A DNA stretch of 64,000 nucleotides, from NCBI RefSeq assembly GCF_001194135.2, contig NC_068984.1:66669158-66733157 (forward strand), in the 5' to 3' direction. This document shows, piece after piece, positions 11,861 to 25,008 of the stretch. Made by a program: the position numbers and the translations under genes. Under the pieces are notes generated by a model, which saw only the letters and a list, made by a program, of their open reading frames with translations, made no database searches and was not told the origin of the DNA. Numbering within the stretch: the stretch's first letter is position 1; each line of letters opens with the position of its first letter. Origin of the DNA: Octopus bimaculoides. Lineage: Eukaryota.

Positions 11861-14088
11861 CTATATGCACATATGCACACGTATTCACATAACACAGACA
11901 CATTTATATATATGCACATGTACACATATACATATATAGAGAGATACACATACACACACACTCACAATAGTACATGCAAGTTGCACGTACACATGCTATA
12001 TATTTGTGTCTGTGTGTGTATCCATACACTTAAAAATAACAAAATCTTATTGGCTCTTGGAGTCAGCACTGAGATAAAAGTGTTGTTTATATTTCTCATT
12101 ATCAAGCTTGGAACAAGTAGAGTTCTATGGCTTAAATTTCCATTAGTTCAACATAGTTCTTCTTGACTTCAAAGTGAGTGAAATAGGTACGAGATTTCAA
12201 TTTTGTTGTCGCACAGATGAACTAGAGGTGAACAGTAACTTCAGCCCAAAGTGCAGAAATGATAAGTTGGTTTCTTTGATATAGAAATCAGATAGTTCAT
12301 AGCTTCAAGCTCAAATCATGCTAGTATTATCTTGAACATTAATCTGAATTGGGGAGGCCTGGTTACTGCCTTATTATGAGAAAAAAAAAAGAAAGAAATA
12401 AAGAAAAAGAATAGGTTTTCTTCTTTCCATCTCTGTATTTTTATCTTTCCATTTTTTTTTGTTTCATTTATTTATATTATTATTAATCTATAAACTCTTA
12501 TATTTCACTCTATTATTATTAACTCATTTCTCATTCTACTATTTGCTTCAAACCATTTTTTGTTTTGTTTATTTCATTCCATGCTCATATTAACTATATT
12601 CATTGTCTTTTGATGGCAGTGAATAGAAATGACACAGTATCTTTTGGGTTGATGGGGTGGTACTTCATCTTTATATGCTTTTTCTAGTATCTGTTGGCCA
12701 GATTAAGCTCAACATTCTTCAAGCTTTTGGCTGGCTCAGCTGATATTTATATGAATCAGCAAGTGAAATGTAATAGTTAAATTCAGTCAATGAATGCAGG
12801 TTTTGATCACTGGAAATGGTCTCATTTTCATATGGTGCTTACAGCACATTTTCAAGTTATAGCTCAGATTTTAGCATGTTTTAATTTAAGTATTGTTCAT
12901 CACATTCTCTTAATATATAATAACTAATATACGTTTATATGTTCTAAGTTATAGGCCCCATTTTCCATCTACATAGCTGACTTTTTACATAAGAAGTACA
13001 GCTTCTATGTGAAGAAGCTACAGGCTTTTTGACATATTTTTAATACTTTTTAAAAATATAGTTGTAATGGGTATTGTGAATTTATGTCTGTGATCCACAG
13101 TTTTGCACCCAGATAGCTGAAATTTTGCATTAAAGCACATCATTTCAAGAAAGTAAGTACTACATGCATATATTTACATCTGAGGCTATTGTTTTGCACT
13201 GAGGTATATGAAATTTCGTATAGTGTCACATGTTTTTAAAGAGATCATCCTATTTGACATTTTCAGATTTTTTTTTTCAACTTCTGACAAAAAATATAAA
13301 TATTTTATAACTTCAATCATTGCAATGAGCATTTGAATAAAATTACCAATTGTAAAAGTAATTCATTGTTTCCCAAGAAGATGGAAAATATTGCGAAAAG
13401 TAAATTTTATTTTAGGCTTTATGCTTGTTTGTCTTTGCACATTCTTGTGAAACTCATATTCAACCATCTTCTGAATGGCTTAAATGCATCCATCTGAGAG
13501 AATCACTTTTCTTGGATCAACAGAAGGTTGTTGGCACTATTATAAAGAGTTTATCCACAAAATAGGAAATTCATATAAAAATAAAGCTTTCTGTTACTCT
13601 TGAACAAATTTTGTTTGGTAACATATTCCATGCTTTTACTAATTGTTTTAGATGTTGGTGTAGTCACTAACAGATGTAGGTACCCTCTTGACTCTCCCAC
13701 CCTTTGACTCAGGACTACATCCAGGATGTGGTAAATGACTTATTTCCTATTTCTCAAAGATTTTTGATAAAGTAAATAAAAATTCTTATAACATAAACAA
13801 CATACAATTCTTGCTGGTAAGAACAAAGCTTCTTAAATGGACAGAGGAAATTTAAAGGGTTGCTTTGGTATACTAGTAGTACATTTGTCATGACCACAGA
13901 AAATGGGGATATGTATCCCATGGGTAGCCTTCAACATTTTTTTTCTATCAAAGAGGTTATTAGCCCAATATTCTATTAGCTGTTATTTATAGCATCATTT
14001 ATTTTGAATTCTATGCTGAAATGCTTTACAGAAGCAACATTTTGAGTAAACATTATATTACTGTTAGGAATAATACTTTTGACATTAG

Positions 14089-14095
<7 letters not shown>

Positions 14096-14139
<44 letters not shown>

Positions 14140-14150
14140 CCATCATCATC
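14096..14150 (+). repeat. (ATC)n microsatellite
   Basis: Directly visible. Confidence 0.95.
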
Positions 14151-14366
14151 ATTTATATTTGTAGGTTTTAAAGAAATCATAGACTATAATTTTGTCTATA
14201 ATGTTATATATGTTTATGAATAAGTAATGTCACATGCTTTATAATAATAAAAGAAAAAAAAAGAAAACAGCTGAAAGGAACTATTATTTCATGAAATTTT
14301 TAATATCAGGTTTATTTCTAATTTCAAATTGAAAAATGAACTTATATAGTTAAGTATTTTTTCCCC

Positions 14367-14368
<2 letters not shown>

Positions 14369-14458
<90 letters not shown>
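14369..14458 (+). repeat. (GT)n microsatellite
   Basis: Directly visible. Confidence 0.95.
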
Positions 14459-14459
<1 letters not shown>

Positions 14460-15214
14460 TTATATGTTATGATGACTATATTTCTTTGAAAGCCAAGGTG
14501 TACTCAGATACCATGAATATATAACGTTTCCTGTTTTATCATTCTGTGAAACCCATTTCAAAAGCGTCTTTCCTTTTTAAACATTTGATACATGACATTG
14601 TTATTTCTGACTATCAGATTGAGAATGTGGAGGTGTTAAAATGTCATCAGAGAATTGGAAGTATAAAATGTTGCTTTTAAGATAAGACATTAAATATCAT
14701 CCTGTGTGGAGACACCAAAAATGCTGTAAGCAAGAATGAGTTCGTATAAATGGCAATGATAAAAACTGCTTTTCCTCAGATAACTTCAAGTTCTTCCATT
14801 TACCATTTTTGTTTATAACTGCTATGAAGGAAATGCTGTAGAAATGGTAGAAAACTTAAGATGTTTAGCATTGTTTATTTATGTATTTATTTATTTATGT
14901 ATTTATTTATTTATTTATTTATTTATTTATTCCCTTTCTAACTTGTGATATAAATCTGATTCTGATATAAATCCATTTGATACAAACTTTGCTTTTCATT
15001 ACTCCAGATTCCATGAAATTAGTAAGTACCAGTCTTTTACATAGTTTAATCCAATCTACTACATCCTAAAATCTTATAGATGTATGGTATTCTACTGACA
15101 GAACAAAAAATTCGTAACTTCAATAGGGTACAAATGAGATTAGACTCTTTCCTCTGGAATTTTGGAAATGAATTTCAATCTTATAAATATAATGTTTTAA
15201 ATTTCAGAGATTTA

Positions 15215-15370
15215 GGTGCAGGTGTGATTATGTGCTAAGAGATTTGCTTCTGAACCACAGGGTTCCACATTCAGTCCCATTGTGTGGCACCTCCAGCAAG
15301 TGTCTTGTGCTACTATCTACTATAGTCCTTCACTGACCAAAGCCTTGTGAGGGGATTTGGTTGAAAGAGG
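15215..15370 (+). mobile_element. Family A SINE, 5' half
   Basis: ggtgcaggtgtg...gggttccacattcagtcccattgtgtggcacc...gaccaaagccttgtga. Confidence 0.7.
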
Positions 15371-16734
15371 CAAAAAGAAGTGTACTGAGGCTTTTCCCCC
15401 TCCATATTCTAAAGAGGTCTCAGGCCAGCAGTGTTTGGGGTCTGAAGATATTCTGTAAGGCTGAAAAACCCAGAGTAACCTCATAAACTGGCCTACCCCA
15501 CTATAATATATATATGTATATATATATATATATATATAATTAATTGGAGGATATATTAACCTCATGAAGGGATGGTTTCATCAAAGGAAATACTGGTTCA
15601 ATACCTAGTGTTTTGGGGGAATAAAATTCCCTTAAAACAATAAGTATATATTAAGCATATAGTTTATATCCATTTAAAACAAGAAAAGAAAATGGAGATA
15701 AGGAAGTTAATAATTGTTTGTTACTAACAAATTGGTCGTCTTTACTTCTTACAGCTGTTTCAATTAATACTCAGCAATTTAATTACAAATTTGTTATTAA
15801 ATTATTGAGTATTAACTGTAACAGCTGAGCACTACCAAGTGTATTCTATACAGAAAATATTAAATATACATAGAAAGACAAATTTGACTAAACAGAGCAA
15901 CATGTGGGATAGAAGAGTTACTGATGAGGTCACAGATGTGTGATGAAAAATTTCCTGACAATAGATCAATCATTATGTGTTTATGACCATGCTCACTCTT
16001 TCCAAGACAGTACAGAATATTTTGAAGGATACATAGTTACTATTTCCTGCTAATAGCTACAGTTTCTTCATCATTGGCTTGTGGATGTTACTGTTGCATT
16101 TATTGACTATGCATATATGACGGAATAGCAGTATATTTCCTGTATGCATGGTGTGTAACAAACGTAATTGCTTATTACACCATTGTATTCCATTTATACG
16201 ACACACCTGTGATTTCCAGCAACAGTTAATGATGTAAAAAGATACAGATCCCACCAAATTGATTTGCTTTCCTTCATACACATAAAAATTAGTCCTCTTT
16301 GAGAACTTGATTGAACTTTCTATTTAGGATTAGAGTACATTTCCATTCTTCTTCAATAAGAGATACAATCATTCACTTTGCCGTAAAATAAAAGTCTGTT
16401 TAATGAATAGTTTTCGTGTTGTGACTTCTCATTTAGTAAAAACAATAACTGATCTTCTTTCTCATTATTTTTACATCTACTTTTTTTCTATGCTGTCATG
16501 ATTCAGACAAGATTTGTTTGCAGCAATACTCTACAACCAGATGCTGCTTCTTGTTGCCAATCCTTGATTCTTTGCAAGTAAGGTACTTTATTTCATGCTT
16601 TCATACACTGTTGGTGATTTTCATCATCGAGGACATAATCAAGGTCACCACTGCCCAAGCAGTGGTCATGTGAAGACATGCAGCGACAGAAGCACACGCA
16701 CAAACACTTTATATCCATATTTATATACCCACAT

Positions 16735-17168
16735 GGGTGCAGGCATGGCTTTGTTATTAAAAGGCTCGCTTTGCAACTGCATGGTTTCAGGTTCAATACT
16801 GCTGTGTTGCACTTTGGGTAAGTGATTTCTACTAAATTACCAGGTCAACCAGTACCTTGTGAGTGAATTTGATAAACAGAAATTGCATGGAAACCTGGTG
16901 TGTGTGTGTGTTCACACATGTGTGGGTATAAACGTATCTGTGTGTGTGTGTATGTTTTTTGTGTTTAGGTTATATTTATCACCCACCACCATGAGACAAC
17001 TAGTGTTGGGTTTTTTAAATCTGCATGATGTAGCAGTTTGACAAAAGTGACTGATAGAATAAGTACCAGACTTTGAAAATATTGAAGCTGATTTGCTTGA
17101 CTAAAACTTACAAGGCAATGCTCCAGCATGACTGCAGTACAATGAAAGAAACAAGTAAAAGATAAAAG
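16735..17168 (+). mobile_element. Family A SINE, full length, diverged
   Basis: Head, internal (TG)n, gatagaataagtacc and acaagtaaaaga tail present in order. Confidence 0.8.
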
Positions 17169-17829
17169 CTACATTGAGCTTCCATGAAGTTTTTACCTAT
17201 CAAAAGTAGTGTATAAAGCATTAGTCACCCCATAGCTGTAGGAGAAGACTCCTACCCAAGGTGCTACACACTAAGATTTACTCTCAGACCATGTGGTTAT
17301 GAAGCAAACTTCTTAAACATTCAGCCAAGAATTACGGAATTAAAATAATAAGCAGCTAAAGAGAAAGATGTGTTTGAAACACTTTGGATAACCAAAACTA
17401 GAGGTGAAAAGATGGGAATTATTTCAGTGTTGTTTATTCACTAACAATATTGTATTCTGTTAAGTTCACCATTTCAAATAGTAATGGTTGTGCAATGCTA
17501 CGTTTTGTGGTTACAGGCAGTGTGCTATTTAACATATAATGATAGTGTAATGTTTACTGATAGTTAAGATTAAATAAGCATTTTGAGAAACCTACTTAAA
17601 CACTGTTTTGGTGAAATAATGCAAACCAATTGATGCTGGAATTATTCCTAGCAGCTAAAAACCTACAATATCCTCTGTATTTATGAGACATGGGTGGATT
17701 TGGCTAATTCAGATTTCATGTTTGCTAAAAGTGTTTGTTCACACTGGTAAGTATAAAGCAGATAGATTCACAATTCTAATATCTTTTTATTTATCTATTT
17801 ATTATTGCTGTTGTTATTATTATTATTAT

Positions 17830-18050
17830 TAAGTTGGTGAGCTGGCAGAATTGTTAGCACACTGGGTGAAATGCCTAGTGGTATTTTCATCTGTCTTCAC
17901 ATTCTAAGTTCAAATTCTGCCGAGGTCAGCTTTACCTTTCATCTTTTCAGGGTCGATAAAATAAGTACCAGTTGAACACTGGGGTCAATGTAATCGACTC
18001 ATTCCTGCTTCCCTAAGCTACCCTTGTGGCAAAACTAATTTGAAATAATA
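17830..18050 (+). mobile_element. Family C SINE (tRNA head plus Nin-like central domain)
   Basis: ggtgagctggcagaattgttagcac...gttcaaattctgccgaggtcagctttacctttcatcttttcagggtcgataaaataagtaccag. Confidence 0.8.
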
Positions 18051-18526
18051 ATTATTATTATTAGTAGTAGTGGCGGTGGTGATAGTGATGGCGGTGGTGG
18101 CAGTGGTGGTGGTGGTGGTGGTGGTTTCTAAGTTGTGAATATTTTACTTATCCTATTACTGTTAAAAATGGTAATTCAATATGGGAATTCTAGTTTGCAA
18201 GATGAAACAATTAGAAAGAAATGTTGAGGAAATGAGGAAATAAAAGGTAATGTAGAATTTAGATTATGAAATGAATGAAAATCAGGTGAAAATTTCAGAG
18301 AATAATTGAAGTAATAAAGAAAGATGAAGCAAATGAATAGAAACCATATTGAAAGTAATGAATGGAAACCTCGAATACTCAATGTCATATTGTGTAAGAA
18401 AAAGACTTTGGAAAGAGTATTTATCATAATGGATCATTCATTACATTTAAACAGAGTAAATGTAAGAAATAGTAAAAGAGGTTGTCTTAACTTTAAAATT
18501 TCATTTGGATATGGAGTATGATTTAT

Positions 18527-18562
<36 letters not shown>

Positions 18563-18589
18563 AATTTGTATATATAATCATGGTCATGA

Positions 18590-18680
18590 TCGTCCTCATC
18601 CTTTTAACATTCACTTTCCCTGGATGCCCTTTCTGTTGCCAACCTTCACCTGTTTTAAAACAAGGTAATATTTCCTCCAA
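18590..18680 (-). mobile_element. Family H short element fragment (shares its 3' end with family B)
   Basis: Reverse complement of gaaatattaccttg...ggttggcaacagaaagggcatccagg; related copies at 21345-21570, 31200-31380, 49010-49200 and 52780-52930. Confidence 0.65.
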
Positions 18681-18693
18681 CACACACAGAGTC

Positions 18694-18744
<51 letters not shown>

Positions 18745-18837
18745 TGCATATCATATACATTTACATACATACACACATACGTACGTACATACATACATAC
18801 ATACATACATACATACATGCATGCATGCATACATACA

Positions 18838-19430
18838 TATCATCATCATCATTTAATGTCCGTTTTCCATGCTGGCATGGACTGGATGGTTTCACAGGAG
18901 CTGGTCAGCTGAAGAGATAGCTGCCCAAGCTCCATGTCTGTTTAGGCACAGTTTCAACAGCTGGATGACCTTCCTAACACCAAGCACTTTACAGTGTTCT
19001 GGATGTTTCTAAGCAGTACTGGTATGGGTGCATTTACATGGTATCATCATCCATGAGCTTGCAAGATTAGGAATGCTCAGCTGGGGAGGGATAGCTTGAT
19101 ATGTCTTCTCAAGCACAGCAAATCGTCAAGAGTCTTAGTCCCTTATCATCACACCTGTGAGACCCAATGTCTGAAGACCCTTTCTCACCACTCCATCTCA
19201 CATCTTCTTGGATCTATTCCTTTTACATGTTCCCTCCATAACTAGATTTTGGCACCTCTTGATGCAACTGTCTTCATACATACACATTACATGACTGTAG
19301 CAGTGCACTCTTCTCTCTGGCACACTACATCTTATGCCTCGTGTACACAATTTTTCTCTCAAATCACTTACACTCTGTCACTTATGTACACTAACATTAC
19401 ACATCCAGAGGACATACTGGCTTCATTTCT
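18838..19430 (-). mobile_element. 5'-truncated RTE-clade LINE: degenerate ORF2 C-terminus plus 3' UTR and (GAT)n tail
   Basis: Minus strand gives ..LWMCNVSVHK*QSVSDLREKLCTRGIRCSVPERRVHCYSHVMCMYEDSCIKRCQNLVMEGTCKRNRSKKM*DGVVRKGLQTLGLT.., matching the RTE RRLRWxGHV...EGxRxRGRPxKxW motif. Confidence 0.8.
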
Positions 19431-19719
19431 TTGTGTGAGAGAGAAACAGATTTACGTACTGATATACATATCTATATATGTGTGTATACATATGCACACC
19501 CAAACACATATCATTTCATTTAATGATTCAGATTTATACAATATTATATGAAGAACCAGCAGGTTATCTATATTTCAATTCTCTAGGATTCCATTAAGAA
19601 CTAAATTTTAGAAGCTTGAAAGCAAAACTACTTTTATATGACAAAATGGAAAATATTGAAGAGTAGCTGCCATAAATTATGGGAAAACCCAATTCAAATT
19701 TTGGTTGAAGACAATACTT

Positions 19720-19777
<58 letters not shown>

Positions 19778-19936
19778 TACACACACGCTCACACACATGT
19801 CTGTGTATCAATGTATATATATCATTGATATCTGCATATTATATATGATGTGTGCATGTATGTATATGTATATTATGTACGTTTATATTTATATATGTGT
19901 AAAATACATGCATATTTATACATGTATGTATAATTG

Positions 19937-19979
<43 letters not shown>

Positions 19980-19996
19980 CTATGTGTGTGTATATG

Positions 19997-20043
<47 letters not shown>

Positions 20044-20091
20044 GTATATGATATATGATATATCTATCCATCTATCTATCTATCTATCTAT

Positions 20092-20721
20092 NNNNNNNNN
20101 NNNNNNNNNNNNNNNNNNNNNNNNNNNNNNNNNNNNNNNNNNNNNNNNNNNNNNNNNNNNNNNNNNNNNNNNNNNNNNNNNNNNNNNNNNNNNNNNNNNN
20201 NNNNNNNNNNNNNNNNNNNNNNNNNNNNNNNNNNNNNNNNNNNNNNNNNNNNNNNNNNNNNNNNNNNNNNNNNNNNNNNNNNNNNNNNNNNNNNNNNNNN
20301 NNNNNNNNNNNNNNNNNNNNNNNNNNNNNNNNNNNNNNNNNNNNNNNNNNNNNNNNNNNNNNNNNNNNNNNNNNNNNNNNNNNNNNNNNNNNNNNNNNNN
20401 NNNNNNNNNNNNNNNNNNNNNNNNNNNNNNNNNNNNNNNNNNNNNNNNNNNNNNNNNNNNNNNNNNNNNNNNNNNNNNNNNNNNNNNNNNNNNNNNNNNN
20501 NNNNNNNNNNNNNNNNNNNNNNNNNNNNNNNNNNNNNNNNNNNNNNNNNNNNNNNNNNNNNNNNNNNNNNNNNNNNNNNNNNNNNNNNNNNNNNNNNNNN
20601 NNNNNNNNNNNNNNNNNNNNNNNNNNNNNNNNNNNNNNNNNNNNNNNNNNNNNNNNNNNNNNNNNNNNNNNNNNNNNNNNNNNNNNNNNNNNNNNNNNNN
20701 NNNNNNNNNNNNNNNNNNNNN
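20092..20721. other. Assembly gap (N)
   Basis: Run of N preceded by (TA)n/(TATC)n. Confidence 1.
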
Positions 20722-21344
20722 NGTATGTATGTGTTTGTGAGTGGTCATGCCCAAATACATGTCTTTTTAATAAAATAAAATAAGACAAAAAAAAAATGAA
20801 ACAAAAAAGTTCAAGATCAATTACAACTTTGAGATTAAGCTTCAGGCTAGAATCTCAATGGTGATTTTCAATGCCATTGACTAATTTTATTCACACTTAA
20901 TTTCAATCATTGCTGACTAATCTATTAAGTGAAGCTTCTTCAGAATCATGTGGCAGTAATGGAAGTTAAACAATTAGTTCATTCTCTATCAATTAAACAC
21001 ATCTTTACTGATAACTGCTATTTTTATCAGAAATGGAGTTGAAGAAAAATTTTTGGCCCGCTACCTGTGAAAGCTATTATGCTGATTTGACGATAAGTTT
21101 CCTAAATTAATTACAGTTACTAAATAGTTCCCAAGATAGAACATTTCTTCCAGACTATAGTTAGAATAAAGAAGCTTGAAGATAACGTTCTTGTTTGTAG
21201 ATAAAACAAATTTTGTGATTTCAAACTTTTGACAATGTTACATTAAGCTAGGTGCCATTGTCGCCACTGTTGTCGTCATCATTGTCATTGTCGTCATCGT
21301 CGTCCTTGTCCTCCTCCTTCTCTTCCTCCTACTCCTCCACTTTA

Positions 21345-21570
21345 TCAGCATCATCATCATGTTAGTATCCACATGGAGTGGTCTGACTGAATTTGTTGTG
21401 GCAGATTTTCTATGTCTGGATACCCTTCCTGTTTCCAATTCTCACTGGTTTCCAGGCAAAATAATATTTCTTCATAGCTGGACACATTTTCACAATAGAC
21501 TGGAATAGACAGACTCTATGTGTATGATGGTGATTCTTGTATATAACTATCCTGTGATGGCAAGATGTAC
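21345..21570 (-). mobile_element. Family H short element
   Basis: (cat)n tail, cttcctgtt..caa and aataatatttcttcatagctggaca motifs shared with the 31.2 and 49.0 kb copies. Confidence 0.65.
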
Positions 21571-21589
21571 TAACAAACATAACACATAA

Positions 21590-21820
21590 ATATATACACA
21601 AACGCGCACACACACACACACACAAGCACACACAAGTGCACACATACATATATATACCATGGGCTTCTTTCAATTTCCATCTGCCTAATCCACTCACAAG
21701 ACTGCAGTTGGCCCTAGGCTGTAGTAGAAAATGTATGCCCAATGTGCTTTTCAGTGGGACTGAACCCAAAACCATTGCAGTTGGTAAGTGACATTCTTAT
21801 CCTCACAGCCTTGCCTATGT
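21590..21820 (-). mobile_element. Family A SINE, 5' half
   Basis: gggcttctttcaatttccatctgcctaatccactcacaag...gggactgaaccc. Confidence 0.75.
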
Positions 21821-21847
21821 CTCTATGTCGATATTTCTGCAAAGTCT

Positions 21848-22065
21848 AAGGCAGTAAGCTGGCAGAATCATTAATATGCTGGGCAAAATGCCAAGCATTT
21901 CATCCATCTTTACATTCTGAGTTCACATTTCACGAAGGTTGACTTTGCCTTTCATCCCTTTGGGGTTGATAAAATAAGTATCAGTTGAGTAGTGGGAGGT
22001 GGGTCAATGTAATCAACTTACCCCATCACCTGAAATTCCTGTCCTCATGCCAAAATTTAAAACCA
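21848..22065 (+). mobile_element. Family C SINE with TSD
   Basis: 17-bp TSD atatttctgcaaagtct (21831-21847) and atatttctgaaaaatct (22066-22082). Confidence 0.85.
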
Positions 22066-22120
22066 ATATTTCTGAAAAATCTGTTGCTCTAACAACATTT
22101 TTGGGGAATATTATCATATA

Positions 22121-22638
22121 TATAGGATGCATTGGTTGAATTGTCACCATTTTATATTTTTAATTTCTTGCATGCACATTGTTTGTTTTTGATTTTGTTG
22201 ACCACACAGTATAGTAGAATCAGTTGGGCAACATCTGTGAGAAAAACAGCACCATAGTGCTATTTACTCTACCAAAAATTTGGAAATGACATGCTGTACT
22301 GCTTCACTCATGCTGGAAGTTCCAATACAAGCATTTCAGAGTGTTTGGGTGTCAATCTGACAACAGTGTAATGTGAGGATATGTATTGAGAATTATAAAA
22401 ATCAAACATCCAGTCAACATCATGGTGTTTGGAGTAATCACTAGTGATGGTGACGTTATGCCTTCATTCATTTCCTCATATGGTCTCACACTCAACATGG
22501 AGGCCTACATCAAGTGCCTGGATGAGATAGTGTTGCTGGAATATCTCTGGCAACAGGACTCTGCACCATGTCACACAAGGAGGAGAATACAGTCATTTCT
22601 GCAGCCACATCGCATCTAGCATCTGGCCACCTAACTCC
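22121..22638 (+). mobile_element. DD37D (maT)-type mariner transposon relic, internally deleted
   Basis: Encodes KHPVNIMVFGVITSDG...EAYIKCL...WQQDSAPCHT and FCSHIASSIWPPNSPYHNPLD. Confidence 0.85.
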
Positions 22639-22797
22639 CCATACCACAACCCTCTTGACTCAGAGAGTAATGGGTATAGTAATGGATAGTATTTCAACCT
22701 CCTATTGGTAGGAATTCAACCTCCTTCTCATCATTCCATATCCTATTAAAACTTGTCTGGTTCCTTCCTACCATTTGTTCTTCATGCTGTGCCAAAT

Positions 22798-23463
22798 AAT
22801 AGCAATACTGTAAACCTGTTCTTCTATGTTTCCCTCAAAAACTTAAGAGCAGTGTCTTGTAAAAATACTGACACTCAAACAGAAGAATAATATGATTTCT
22901 TGAAGATAACATTGTCAAGGTTTCAGGTAATTAAAGTAAAGAAAACAGCATCATGATACATTGTTTCCAGTGTGAACTTCTGTAGGACAAATATACTTAC
23001 ATCACTGAATACCTGCGAAACAACCCTATTGCTAGATTCTAAGTTCAGGATTTCAAATTTTGGCTATGTTACCTTAAGTAAGGCATCTTACCTTATGTAT
23101 TTCAGTGTCGCTGTTTGTACAAATACCTATTCTGTTAACACCTTTTGGTAATGATTTGATGATAAAATTCCTAAATTCATTAGAAGTTGTTCTTTACTTT
23201 AATTACCTGAAACTTTGACAATATTATCTTTAAAAAATCATATTATTCCATGTGTCTGAGTGTCAGTACTTCTACAAGGCATTGCTCTTATGTTTTTTGA
23301 GGGAAATAAAATCATATCTATAAAAGGACAGGTTTGCAGTATTGCTATTAATACAAGGTAATAGGTCCCTAAGCACTTGAAGAACCTACCAAATAAAGCT
23401 CTTTTGCAGGTATTCCCTGTTGCAAGTATATTTGTCCTACAGAAGTTCACACTGGAAACAATG
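22798..23463. repeat. Interleaved inverted repeats A (22798-22943), B (22959-23016), A' (23190-23350), B' (23406-23463)
   Basis: Arms aligned by eye; 40-bp perfect reverse-complement match in B/B'. Confidence 0.9.
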
Positions 23464-23600
23464 CTATCTTTCTGACTCTCTCTGTAGTAAAATTAGATTA
23501 TTCAAAGTCAAACTGATGAATTGTAGGGCTCACCTCGCAATCCACATTGTACAGCATGCATACATACACAGATACACATAATATATATTTGTCAGTATGG

Positions 23601-23642
<42 letters not shown>

Positions 23643-23777
23643 GTGAGTTTGGAGAGATATATCATCTGGGTGGATACCGTGGTGGCTCTCAGTTATGTTC
23701 CAGGTTACAGCTAATTGCATCGATCAGTATTTAATGTCTAAATTATCTGGAGTATATATAAGAAATAATCATAATGA

Positions 23778-24068
23778 TATAAAAAGACGGAGACTTGTTC
23801 ATCCTCAAAATTTGTTTCTTCTTATTTTACAATATTATACAGCATATTTTTATGGTCTTTATGACTTACACATGTTTCCACTGCACAGATTTGAAACTAG
23901 CCAAACGAAGAATCTGCATTAAAAATCGTGTCAGATTGCATTTGCAACTGCTCATAATCTATGCAGTGGAAGCATGTGTAGGTCATAAAGAGCATAAAAA
24001 AATGGTGTATGAAATTGTAAAATAAGAGGAAATAAATTTTGAGGATAAGCAGGTTTCCATTTTCTGTA
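23778..24068. mobile_element. Fold-back MITE with about 100-bp inverted arms, probable TA termini
   Basis: 23789-23891 is an imperfect reverse complement of 23956-24059 with a 64-nt spacer. Confidence 0.8.
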
Positions 24069-24083
24069 TTTTTAAAATTATTG

Positions 24084-24135
<52 letters not shown>

Positions 24136-24149
24136 CACACACAAGTATG

Positions 24150-24292
24150 TCAATTCTTCCCTTTCTGTCTATCAAATCCACTCACCAGTCTTAGATTGGC
24201 TTGGGTGTCAAAGTGCCAAGCAGTGGGACTGAACCCACAAGTATGTAGTTGGGAAACATACTTCTTAACCATACAGCCATGCCTGCATCTGT
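24150..24292 (-). mobile_element. Family A SINE, 5' half
   Basis: ctatcaaatccactcac...gggactgaaccc...catacagccatgcctgca. Confidence 0.75.
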
Positions 24293-24940
24293 TATATGCC
24301 TCTATGTGTGTGTGTGTGTTTGTTTATGTATGAAAATGGAGAGAGAGGGGTGTTAAGAAAAGGAATAATAAATGTAAGATTCTAATTTACATTGAATCTA
24401 TTGCTCTTGCTTCAATGTGGATTATGTGTCCATCATTGATCATATATCCATGAAGCCAGAAAAGGGAAAGCCTTCCTTTTATTTTCTAAGTAACAAGCTG
24501 TACGCTTCAGTGTTGGTAAAGCTTCAGTTCATTCATAGCATTTATTAAGAAAGTAACCTTCTCTAAGCGATTTATTCACAGCCTGTTTGTAAAATCGTTG
24601 CTAAAGCTGAAAAGTAGTTGAAATTGGTTAATATCTTAAAAGTATAATATGACAGGCTTTTAGCTAACCAACTGATCAGTTATTATTGAAATTCATTAAT
24701 CCTCAGAGACCAAACAATAATAAGAGATGACTTAAGGAAGCTGAATGCATTTCATTCTTATTCTTACTTTAAGTGTTGAGGACACTGTCATTCTTACTGC
24801 TGAATACAAAATTACCAGTGTATACTAGAAAACTAATAGAGAATGTTACATTGATTGCATGTAGGTGTGAATTTAGAAATGAAATATATAGAACCATTGA
24901 TTAACTTAAATCTATATTTCTCTCTCTCTATGTGTATATA

Positions 24941-25004
<64 letters not shown>

Positions 25005-25008
<4 letters not shown>

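Noticed and set aside
15915-15960. CTGATGA...GAAA hammerhead-like string
   Set aside because: Stem II lacks a proper closing pair and stem I pairs only with a non-canonical cleavage register; probably chance
17652-17747. ILCIYETW, resembling the APE endonuclease motif, with a strong downstream donor
   Set aside because: Spacing to the upstream WN motif is wrong, there is an in-frame stop just before it, and the acceptor is weak
21238-21438. ORF with RRRKRRRRT and poly-T/M runs
   Set aside because: It comes from degenerate trinucleotide repeats next to a family H tail
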